Source: Eledone cirrhosa (taxonomy: Eukaryota). From it: DNA of 64,000 nt. This document shows positions 52,639-64,000 of this stretch, one piece after another. The DNA lies in NCBI GenBank assembly GCA_964016885.1, contig OZ024745.1, positions 62,682,001 through 62,746,000 of the forward strand. The letters run 5' to 3'. Under the pieces are notes generated by a model that saw only the letters and a program-made list of their open reading frames with translations, did not search any database and was not told the DNA's origin. Numbering within the stretch: position 1 is the stretch's first letter; each line of letters begins with the position of its first letter. The position numbers and the translations under genes are program-made.

Positions 52639-52969
52639 ACGCCATTCCCTGATAATTGCAGTCACATTTAAACGACCAGATGATCATTATATATATAAAA
52701 TACATTAATAGATGCATGTAATAGATGCATATATGTATAATCATCTAAATAGATATCATGCCTATGGCTGCTACTGTGGGTTTTATATGAGATATTTGTA
52801 CAGAAATCTTCATATGGGATGATGCAGTCTCAACATGGTGTGTACTTCTATGAAGCTATGACTTGCTAAACACAATTGGCTGATGCATACACACAAATGC
52901 ACAAACTCACACACAAGGACCGACACCCACAGGTATATTAATGTATGTGTATATGTATATAATATATAA

Positions 52970-53003
<34 letters not shown>

Positions 53004-53031
53004 GAAAATCTGTGAGATCCTTCAAACAGGT

Positions 53032-53203
53032 ATATTTGAAAAAGGAAAAGTATGACTTCAGTTGTTGTTCTAAACAATTTGAATTAATTTTATAATATTA
53101 TAATATTGTGAGTTGGTAGATATACCAACTCACAATATTATAATATAATAAAATGAAATCAAATTGTTTCGAAATACAAGTGAAGACATTCTTTTTCTTT
53201 TTT

Positions 53204-53210
<7 letters not shown>
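53032..53210. repeat. Palindrome with a perfect 24-bp inner stem
   Basis: atattataatattgtgagttggta-gata-taccaactcacaatattataatat (53095-53146) with diverged outer arms. Confidence 0.88.
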
Positions 53211-53288
<78 letters not shown>

Positions 53289-53685
53289 ATATATATATAC
53301 ATATATATATGTATGTATATATATATATATTAGTATTTTGCCAGCAGAGGTATATACGTAATATTACCAACCTTTTGATAAGTTTGCTGTAAGAGTACTG
53401 AACAGTTCAGGGTATGTTGATGACAAATCTTTGGCCAAATCGTGAATCTTAATATGCATACATATTGCATACATATTCTTTAGTCACATGCACATAGTCA
53501 CATGCACATATATAAATATATGATATCACGTTTTGCAATTACTTACGAGATATGTATTAAATGAAACATATGTATACATAATCTGAATTAGTTGGGATAG
53601 TTATATCTCACACAGAGGAACATACATGCACGCACATTTCCATATATATACATATATATATATAAACACATACAGACATATATAT

Positions 53686-53915
<230 letters not shown>

Positions 53916-53948
53916 TATACATATATATATATATATACATATATATAC

Positions 53949-54013
<65 letters not shown>

Positions 54014-54106
54014 ATATATATTTATATATATGTAAATATATATATATTTATATATATATGTATATATATGTATATGTATGTATATATACCTATACCGCAT
54101 TATATG

Positions 54107-54227
<121 letters not shown>

Positions 54228-54867
54228 CAATGTGTGTTTGAGTGGCGTGCAGAAGTGTGTGTATGCGTGTGAGCCTGTGTGTGTTTGTCAGAGAGAGAGA
54301 GATAGAGAGTGAGTGCGCAATAGTAAGTCAATTTCTGCAAATTGTTCTATGGCGTCGACATGTACCTCATTCGAATTTTCTCTTTTAAATTTTCATTTGA
54401 AAATTCAAGTCATTTCTCAGGATTTTGTATTTCTCGGACGCTTAAATTTCTTCTTGAAAGAAATTGAATTTTGCAATGGTTTACCATTTTCAATGTCTCT
54501 GATATTCATCATTTCTTTTATTATGGTTATACCTTCTGATGATCTGTCATAATTTCTACCGCCGTATTTTCACATTAACTTTTTTCATATATCTCACTCA
54601 AATCCACGATCTTTCTAGCAATAATATTTAGTATTTCATCACAGCGTTTAACTGTTACTGGCAGTTATTATTATTATTAGTATTGATATTATTATTGTTA
54701 TTATCATTATTATTTTTATCATTTAGCTTATAAAAGAGCTAAAATTGTTTATAATTGTCTGGCTGTTGGTATATAGTAAACGCACACACACGAACACACA
54801 CAAACACAAACAACACACTCACAAAGACGGACACATACACATACAAACACACACACACACACATATA

Positions 54868-54951
<84 letters not shown>

Positions 54952-55125
54952 TAGATAGATAGATATATCAGAGACTGCGTGTGTGTGTTTATACACACAG
55001 TTATGTGTGACTATTTGAGTCTATATTCTTGTATATATTTAGATGGATATAATTGTTACCAGATTAAATTTTATTTTTTAAAACAAATACCTATAAAGGT
55101 TTTGTATTTACATATAGCTATACAA

Positions 55126-55184
<59 letters not shown>

Positions 55185-55385
55185 ATATATATATATGTAT
55201 ATATATGTACATATATATATATATATATATACATATACATCTATGTTCGTGCGTGTATACACGCATAGGTGAGCGTTTGTATGTATATTTGTGTATGTAT
55301 TTAGACGTATATGATTATGTTACCACATAAAATTTTATTTGATATATGTTCTTGAAACATACACCCATACAGTTTTTGTATTTAC

Positions 55386-55416
<31 letters not shown>

Positions 55417-55562
55417 ACATATATGTTTATGCATGTGTACCGTTCTTATATACAATGATATGCAGATGCATATATATGTACATATATGCATATATGCTAA
55501 TACATATATATATATATGTATACACACATATATACATATATACATATATATATATACATATG

Positions 55563-55624
<62 letters not shown>

Positions 55625-55673
55625 AAATTTGTTTATTCATAAATATATTCTATTACTTTCATTGTAGCTGCTT

Positions 55674-56354
55674 TCAGCAAAGTCCTATATTAGTTGTTTC
55701 TTTATTGCCTTCTTCCTCTTTGTTATGTGATACTTTTATAACGTGTGAATCTTGTTCTTCTAAACTATCTGTTTTCTCTTTTTTCAGCTTAGCTCTTTTG
55801 ATACAAGATTCACAAGTGTCCTTGTTATGAGCGCTCGTATGTTCACATGCAGAAACATCATTCTCATCTGAAATAAACTCGAATTTGTATGGAGTAGGTT
55901 CCCCCCGCATTTCACATATCACATTAGTTAATGCTTTTATATAATTTTTTGCAAGTGTCAATGTTTCGATTTTAGACAATTTCCTGTCAAGATTTACGTG
56001 TGGTATCACCTCACGCAACTCTTGAAAAGCATCGTTTAACGAATGCATTCGCATACGTTCGCGTTCATTACTTTCTAAACGTCGCATGTTGCGTTCTCGA
56101 GCACTAAGTACTTTTCGTCGACGGGAACTTTTACGAGCACACTTCGCTCGCCGTGATTCGACTGAATCTTCTGTTGTTGAACTTGCCCCAGAATCTGATG
56201 GTGAACTTGGTCCTCCTTCGCGTTTTGCTCCACGTTTTCTCATATGATAATCACTAGCTCTTATTCCTGGTATATCCCAAACAGAATCATTTGTTCCTTC
56301 ACCTTGAATGTCGTAATCCAAGCTTGATGTCATTTCTTTAACCTTTGAGCGCAT
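55674..56354 (-). CDS. dimm: Class A bHLH transcription factor, Dimmed/Mist1 (BHLHA15) family
   Basis: Intact 226-aa ORF with [63 protein letters not shown], which I recognise as DIMM/MIST1-type. Candidate AATAAA at 55637-55632. Confidence 0.92.
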   Translation of the reverse strand: MRSKVKEMTSSLDYDIQGEGTNDSVWDIPGIRASDYHMRKRGAKREGGPSSPSDSGASSTTEDSVESRRAKCARKSSRRRKVLSARERNMRRLESNERERMRMHSLNDAFQELREVIPHVNLDRKLSKIETLTLAKNYIKALTNVICEMRGEPTPYKFEFISDENDVSACEHTSAHNKDTCESCIKRAKLKKEKTDSLEEQDSHVIKVSHNKEEEGNKETTNIGLC

Positions 56355-56358
56355 CTCC

Positions 56359-56386
56359 CTGAAATGCAGAGAAAAAGCTTATTAGA
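56359..56386 (-). promoter_or_regulatory. 3' splice acceptor 4 nt upstream of the dimm ATG
   Basis: Minus strand reads tctaat (branch-like) aagctttttctctgcatttcAG|GGAG ATG. Confidence 0.7.
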
Positions 56387-56807
56387 CAAAACCCATTGTA
56401 CGATAACAAAAGCAATTGTTTTGCATTAATATATAACAGAATTATATATAAAACTATATCGATGTATCTACCATAAACAGATAGATTGTTATAATTATTT
56501 AGAGAGAGAAAAACGAGAGAGGGCATGAGAAACACTATAATCATCAATGTAAACATTTCAGAGAAATATATGTATATTTATTTGTAGCCGATATGTACAT
56601 GTCACGAAGCATCAAAGTAGTATGGAAATAGAACCGGATATTTTTAAAACTATATTCACAAAAATGTTTTTCACATAAGACATATGTAAACCAGAACGAA
56701 GCGTTTATTAGTTAGAATCGATCTTAGCAATATTGTGCTCGGCTATTCGACTTTCTACATTTAACATTTCATTTTCTATTTATTTATTATATTTTAATTT
56801 GTCTAAT

Positions 56808-56897
<90 letters not shown>

Positions 56898-57896
56898 TGT
56901 GTGTGTGTGTGTGTGTGTATTATTTTATTTCATAATTAATCACATCTTTTTTCATACTATATGTAAACGTATGTTAATATTCCCAGAAAGTAAATGTAGC
57001 AACAAACTTGTAGCTTTAGTTTAGCTTTCCAAATAACAAAATTTATAAGAAACCATGATTTCTTCGATTATTATTTAATGAAGAACATTGTGAAACGTAC
57101 GAAAACAACTTAATCTCCGGATGAAGATTACATTACAATGCATTATGGGAAATTCTCCTCTGCACGGTTAAATAAAGAACAAAACAGACGTCTCTATTTA
57201 CCGCAACCTAAATTTATCCGTCCAATCTTCCTTAGAACTCATCATTACCTTTCATTGAAGCAGGATTATAAATGATATCAACAAAATCGCAACCTAATTA
57301 TATTCTATTAAAACAAATCTCTATTCCTTAACGTCCTCTATACTATCTTAAATTCAGTACACACTATTTGTTTATACGTTTTGTCTTTCATGTTAACATT
57401 CATTCAGTTCATCTTGCACATGCCTTTTGGTGTATAATTAGACTCGTCAAGAGAGACCAATCGATGTACATTTCTAATTTATCATAGATGATACATTTTT
57501 TCTGAAATCAATTTTAACCAAATAGAATTCTTACTTTTCTCATACAGCGTACCGATTGACCGAAAGCGAAATACTTCCATGAACCTGGCTATTAATTTAA
57601 TTAATTAACGTAAGTATATTATTCACCCGAAAGAAATACTGACCATGAACTCGATTCGAAAATAAACAGATTAAACAGATAATCATGAGATAAATGGAAA
57701 AAAAGGCAAGAAATTTAAAATTCTAGTAAAGAGTTGAAGCACAACTCCCGGTGAACGTGAAATAAGATATTGTATTATAATAACAATGAGGAGAAACAGA
57801 CATATTTTGAGACGGCGTTAAAAGTAACAATAAAATATCCACAGCAACTGTTGCTACGATAATGTTGTCATTTTATTCCAGTGTGTGACTTCTATT

Positions 57897-58125
57897 TGGC
57901 AGAGTAGTTAGTGTGTCGGATGAAATGCTACTTTGATGGTATATTTGCCGAATCAGTGAATAATCGACCTAAATCGTTAGTGCTATTTTGTTAGCGCAAT
58001 TTAAGTTCTGTAACGTCGAAGTCAACTGTGGCTATCCTTATAAAATCTATAAGAAATATAGCAATGAAGTACTATGAATGATGTAATCGAATAAAACCTC
58101 CCCCAATGTTTCAATATTGTGTATA
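57897..58125 (+). mobile_element. Highly diverged SINE remnant
   Basis: tggcagagtagttag head, cgtcgaagtcaact, gatgtaatcga..cctccccc colinear with the long-form SINE. Confidence 0.5.
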
Positions 58126-58148
58126 TTCATATATGCCTCCTAAATAAT

Positions 58149-58358
58149 GGTTCCTTACATAGGCACAAGGCTAGCAATTTTGGGTGAGGGGGAGGTCGAT
58201 TAAATCGACCCCAGTGCGTGACTGATACTTTATTTCATCGACCCCATAAGGATGAAAGGCAAAGTTAACCTCGGACTGATTTGAACTCAGATCATAAAGG
58301 ACAGTAACTCTATGCTGCAAAGTATGGCGTCCGACCCTCTACTGATACTGCCAATCCA
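58149..58358 (-). mobile_element. tRNA-derived SINE, full-length long form, 13-bp TSD
   Basis: Complete head to tail; cctcctaaataat at 58136-58148 and 58359-58371. Confidence 0.9.
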
Positions 58359-58477
58359 CCTCCTAAATAATAAAAAACAATTACATGAGCCCATCTATAC
58401 TAGCCACATGATTTGCACAAAAATAAATATAAACTTAATAAAATAAGTATAAACTTGCAGCAGCAGCTCCTGCTGTT

Positions 58478-58511
58478 GTTGCTGCTACTGCTGTTGCTGC
58501 TGCTGCTGCTG

Positions 58512-58563
<52 letters not shown>

Positions 58564-58571
58564 AGCTACTA
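58478..58571. repeat. (CTG)n/(CTA)n compound microsatellite
   Basis: Direct inspection. Confidence 0.9.
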
Positions 58572-58615
58572 GAAGATAGTGTCGATGCGATGTTAAAAAT
58601 GTGTTCAAGCTGACT

Positions 58616-58659
<44 letters not shown>

Positions 58660-59403
58660 TCGGCTTGAACACATACATCTGTAGTCCTTCCATGAAATGT
58701 CTGAAGCCCCACAAAACATCGTTCATGGTAGCGTATTTATAAATCTTGATATAACTCAAGTACGGATACTGTTTATTGTCTTTCCTAAATATCAGTTTCT
58801 GAGTAATATGTTTCCGTATCACAATTGTAACTTCGAAATATTCATACATAACGTTTCTTCAATTTCAATGTCCTAGTCTTATATTACTGTTGTCAAGCGA
58901 AAAATTGCAAACTGTCATGTTTCCATGACGGAACTCTTTCACCATGATATATTCCATCGCTATATTATATTTGTAAAACTTTATAAGAATCCGTATTTTA
59001 TCTCAATATGCCATGCGCTTGTGTTTTCCATAGTTCAATTCTTCCCCGTAAAGGATGTACCATTGTTTCATTTTAACAAATGAAAGCTTCGGAATATTGT
59101 AAAAAATACCATCTCACGCTACGAATATAAAAAAAAATAATCCACTGAAACAGTTTGTATCTGTGCAGATATTACTACTGTAATAATCAGTTTAGTTATT
59201 CAGTAACAAGGAAATGTCGCTGAACGTTGCTAACAAAAGCTTTAAAAATGTGAATGTAAATGAGCATATCTGCAAAATTTCTGAAATAGGAAAGCGTACA
59301 TAAAAATCAAAGTAAACCAAACATTTAGCTACGAGTAGTAACGTTATGTTTAGCATTCAAAGTAATGTAATAGTATAAATCATTTCATAAGGTATTCTTC
59401 AGA

Positions 59404-59793
59404 ATAGCTATCTCGGTAGAGTGCGTGCCTCGGAAATCTGAGAGTCACTCGCAGCAGAGCCACTACTTCTCCGAATTGAGAGACACCCCTGTCATACACT
59501 GGACATGTGGTTAGAATGTGTTTGGAAAAAAAGTCATCCGGCAGAAAATCCAGTGGTAGAGCCCGAACATGATGGTTAGATAAAATCCATGAGCTCGGCT
59601 GGTTTTGCTTGGGGATGCAGCCGGATCATTTGCGAACTTTTCCACCATGACCTTTTCAAGAAGAAGAAGAAGAAGAAGAAGAAGAAGAAGAAGAAGAAGA
59701 AGAAGAAGAAGAAGAAGAAGAAGAAGAAGAAAAAGAAGAAGAAGAAGAAGAAGAAGAAGAAGAAGAAGAAGAAGAAGAAGAAGAAGAAGAAGA
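59404..59793 (+). mobile_element. Candidate third SINE type with a long (AAG)n tail (59658-59793)
   Basis: tRNA-like head tagctatctcggtagagtgcgtgcctcggaaatc, GC-richer body, then an (AAG)n run. No clear B box. Confidence 0.45.
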
Positions 59794-61653
59794 AATTACA
59801 TGTGTTTCAATATAAACAAAACCGTTTCTTCGCTTCTTTACCAATTTCATTGCTTACTTAAATAGCATTTCATTTTGCAGTTAATGAATCTAAAAGCTAT
59901 TTCGAATTGGTGTCGCTGAAAGCGAAATACAACGCCAGCTCATATATACTTTATTGTCTTCAATTATTTGGTCCATTTATATGACATGCATTGCAGAGTC
60001 TACATTTGTTATCAAGCGTCAAATATGGATCGAAATTCTAACTTAAAATTGTTTCCTTTGTTATTGGAGGTAATGAAAATCATTTTGTATCACTGTATTT
60101 CCATTTCCACGTAAAGGAAAACATCAACAACTTCTATTGGCATAATGACATGTAAAGGAAATGATGCGGAACATAAGATTTTTGTAATATATTTTTAGAA
60201 TATGTAGAAGGATGTAGGTGTATATGTCATTCCTTTATTTATAATTTGCTCCCATGTTGTCAATCTTAGTATATAGATAATTTGCATGACACTCAAATGT
60301 TAGATCGATTTTCCTTCAAATTATAAAAAGGTTATCAGATACAACAGATATTTATATTTCTTCTTTGGATATTGAATAATATTATTTATGAGAGTTTCAT
60401 GGCGATAGGTGGCATTTTTCTTAATGATAATAAAATAAAATTGAACACATATCCGTATATAAAGCAGAAGTCTAACAAATCACAATAGTTGAGGGCACAG
60501 TTTTAAAAAGTATTACTTAGAAGCATTTTTTATGTGGTATTCTCTTTGATTCCGCTTCTTTTTATTCATACATACCATATTATTATATATCATAATCACT
60601 TTAATTACATTATTTGACAATGTATCATATTGAAGCGGAAATACCAATCCCCATCAATGATTGACTGATATTTTACAAACGAAACGTAAAAGATAAAGAA
60701 ATGAAATATACATAAAAAAATGAAACGGAGAAATTATTATTGATTTTCATTGATATAAACACTTTATACTAAAGGTCAACTCGTATCATTTCTATAGAAC
60801 ATAATCAACTACTGTGTGTGTATTGAAGTATAGTAAACAACAGGATAACACCCTAGTCCACAGTTTATCTTCGTTTCTCATTCTCTCTTGCTATCTTTCT
60901 CTTTCTCTCTATTTCTCTCTCTGCATCTCTCTCTCCTCAGTATTTCTTTTCTGCCTCTCTCTATTTTCTCTGCTACCTTACCTTCAATAATAATTCGAAG
61001 CATAAACATATGAAGACCATGTGTATCGTATCAGCCCACACAATACTATTGATGGGTTTATTACAGAACATTAGGGAAGTTAATCCATGCCGACCAGCAT
61101 CATGGATCACTGGAAATGAGCTCCTAATTTTGATAAGACTTTCTGATGTAGACGTACATCAACAGGTACTCACATACAGGACCATCAAATAATCATAGGT
61201 TTTAGAATTGTCATCTTTACCTGTAAAACAAGGCTCCTTCAAAACAGTATAACTCTGACCCCAAACCCGAAGCAAACGAGACACGTACAGACCTCATAAG
61301 TTGTGAAATATATGAGCGTATCCACCTTTATAATGTTACGTGTTGGAAATGCTTTCATATAAGTCAGATTATCATTAAAACTCATTATTGCTTCTGATAT
61401 CTTCTAGAACATGCATGAAACTTTTGAGGAGATATAAATATGTTTCTGGTAGTTTCGTGTGTGACTCTCTTGGGAATTGTTTCCCATACGATGCATTTTT
61501 TTTTGTCATTTTTAGCCTGGGCTCTGTTAAATATTTCGTACGATTCCGAGCTAGAAGAAAATTGTGAAGTATTGCAAATGACTCTTGTTTACTGAGATTT
61601 CAGGAGTCAATATTTAGGAATTGTGCGTTATTCCCATTCTCCTACCACAAATC

Positions 61654-61722
<69 letters not shown>
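61654..61722. repeat. (TAG)n microsatellite
   Basis: Pure run. Confidence 0.95.
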
Positions 61723-61724
<2 letters not shown>

Positions 61725-62136
61725 CTATTGCCAAAAGCCAAATAACAATGTATTTTAAGCAAATACAGATTCGTATAGAAATAAATGTATCATAAATTGT
61801 TGGCAATCGTTGGTGACATGCATAATTAATTAATATATATAAAACCCAGTATTAATTTGGAAGCTGGCGTAAATGTGTGCCATGTTGATGTAGACTATAT
61901 ATCTGAAGAAATGACCATTATATTTCATATCTACGAAAGAGACTAAGGTCTCGTTTGCAGTGACCGGTATGATTAAATTAGTGAATTTATATCTGTAAGA
62001 CAACCAACATAGAGGAAAACGTGATATTTTACCACAATATCTACTTTTCACAGCTACACTAAAATGCTTTTACTGAAACACATTCTTAAAAGTTTACTTC
62101 AATTTACATTCATCGTAGCGCGTAATCTTGTTAATA

Positions 62137-62205
<69 letters not shown>

Positions 62206-62343
62206 AATACTAGCTGCTAGAAGAACTATCATTAGGTTCGATAATAGTTACTGGGAAAGAAAAAACACAGAATAGCTCTGATATCACTATGAGACTAACG
62301 ACTCAGCTCAAATAACAGACATGTTTGGAATATATATATATAG

Positions 62344-63650
62344 TACATACCTTATAAGGAATTTGATAACCTCCAGGGAGGATTTATAGAGACGATACAC
62401 TACTTTTAGCTAAACTTGGAAAGATTACGTAAAAAGATTAGAACCTTCTTCAATAAACTAGGCCTAAGTGGCACTTTCGAACTCAACTTCTTGGATGTAT
62501 CAATCTAAACACAGGACTAATAGAGCCCTTCCATAAAAATAACGAAAATCTAGCCTACATTAGTTATAACTCAAACTACCCTCGCTCCATAATTAACTCC
62601 ACGGCACATAGCATATCACTTAGAACTTCACGCTTATCTTCTAACCTAGAGATTTTTAATGAACACGCGAACTACTACAACATAGCTTTACTTAAGGCAG
62701 GCCACAAAGAGAGGCTCAAATACATACATACCAGATACAAACACCAACAACACATTTAACAAAAATAACACCACTCACACCTATAGAAATAAAAAATATA
62801 GTACTAAACATAGAAATAAACAATGAGCACCAGAAATAAATGAACCGATTACTAATATAAGGACCCCTAAGAAATATAGAAAATCCAGAGATAGGAAATA
62901 CTTATGGTTCAATCCAATATTTAACGAATTAATTGACCAGCACTTCCCTAAACTTCGCAAATACCATAACATCTTTAATAGAAATACTATCAAATACTAT
63001 CAAACTATCTTACAATACTGCAACCAGCATAGAATCACACATACATAAAATTAACCATAAAAGAATCTCTAATGAAATTAACCTACAAACAAGCACCATA
63101 ACATCAAATACAAAACAAACACATAACATCACAACCACACACACGTCAGAACGCATCACAACAAAACATCAACAAATCCAAATCTCAGCCCATACGTAAC
63201 GACATTCAAAACCGCATCGATGAACAGGAAAGCCTCAAAATATAACTGTCACTTACCGGATAAGTGCCCACTACAGAAAAATTGCCTGGAGTCAAATATA
63301 GTGTACCTGTGTACTATAAATTCAGGCAACTTAGCATGGCACTACATAGGTGCTACGGCGGGGAGTTAAAAAAAAGATGGTACGTCCACAGATACTCTAT
63401 AAAGAACCGTAGACTAATGATCACAACAATGCTCTCCAATAAAATCTGGCAGCTTAAAGATACAAACCAAGAATACTGGATTAGCTGGTCAAAACTGTCA
63501 GCGGCAAAGGTCTACAGAAATGAAATGTCTCACTGAGGGCTTTGCAATAATATTTTAAAATATGACAAAATGCTGCTTAACAGCAAAATTGAACGGTTAA
63601 TTTTCTGTAGGCATAAAGCAGCTACTAAATTCGCTAATTTCAAACCAACT
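62344..63650 (+). mobile_element. Penelope-like element, third family, 5'-truncated and decayed
   Basis: YRDD-type RT motif near 62383, LNFLDV, KYLWFNP, GIY-YIG YIGAT/GELKKRWYVHRYS..LSNKIWQLK, C-terminal LLNSKIE..CRH; begins after (TA)n. Confidence 0.8.
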
Positions 63651-63723
63651 TGATTCGATTCAACAATTCCATAATTCAAACTGTACCATCTGAGTCTATT
63701 ATAATAAAACATTATTATTATTA

Positions 63724-63910
63724 GGTGAATCGGCAGTATCTGTAGAGGGCCGTACACCATGCTTTCCAGCATAGTTACGTCCCTTTACGGTCTGAGTTAA
63801 AATCCCGTCGAGGTTAACTTTACCTTTCATCCTTACGGGGTCGATAAACTAAAGTACCAGTAATGCACTGCGTAATTACTGGCCTTGTGCCAAAATAGAA
63901 ACAATTATTA
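63724..63910 (+). mobile_element. tRNA-derived SINE, full length, in (ATT)n
   Basis: Complete SINE flanked by attattatta on both sides. Confidence 0.9.
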
Positions 63911-64000
63911 TTAACTGTCAATAAATCAACTAATCAATGAATCAACATCATGACCTCCTAACTTTTCTCTCTTTCACTCTCTTTCCCTAAATCTATTTCA

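Noticed and set aside
59589-59865. Poly-K, poly-R and poly-S ORFs
   Set aside because: Products of the (AAG)n tract.
60990-61310. Possible PLE endonuclease C-terminal remnant on the minus strand (similar hints at 16260-16400 and 12400-12720)
   Set aside because: Only vague motif resemblance with many stops; needs an HMM search.

Overview
AT-rich animal genomic DNA with many microsatellites and one 200-N gap. It is most likely an octopod cephalopod, inferred from recalled resemblance of the SINE families and the repeat landscape. There is one host gene, a dimmed/Mist1 (BHLHA15)-type bHLH factor at 55674-56354 (minus strand). The rest is decayed retroelements. Two head-to-tail arrays (about 1.6-7.9 kb and 22.8-46 kb) are built on (TAA)n tracts. 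In them, three families of RLE-endonuclease R4/Dong-clade LINEs always lie on the + strand, and APE-endonuclease Tx1-like LINEs always lie on the - strand. A tRNA-derived SINE family shares its last ~30 nt and its (ATT)n tail with the Tx1-like LINEs, suggesting a SINE/LINE partnership. The three Dong families share a covarying 3' stem-loop. Penelope-like elements (GIY-YIG) sit in (TA)n tracts and leave inverted repeats carrying one near-intact and several degenerate hammerhead ribozyme motifs. All alignments were made by eye; no database searches were run.
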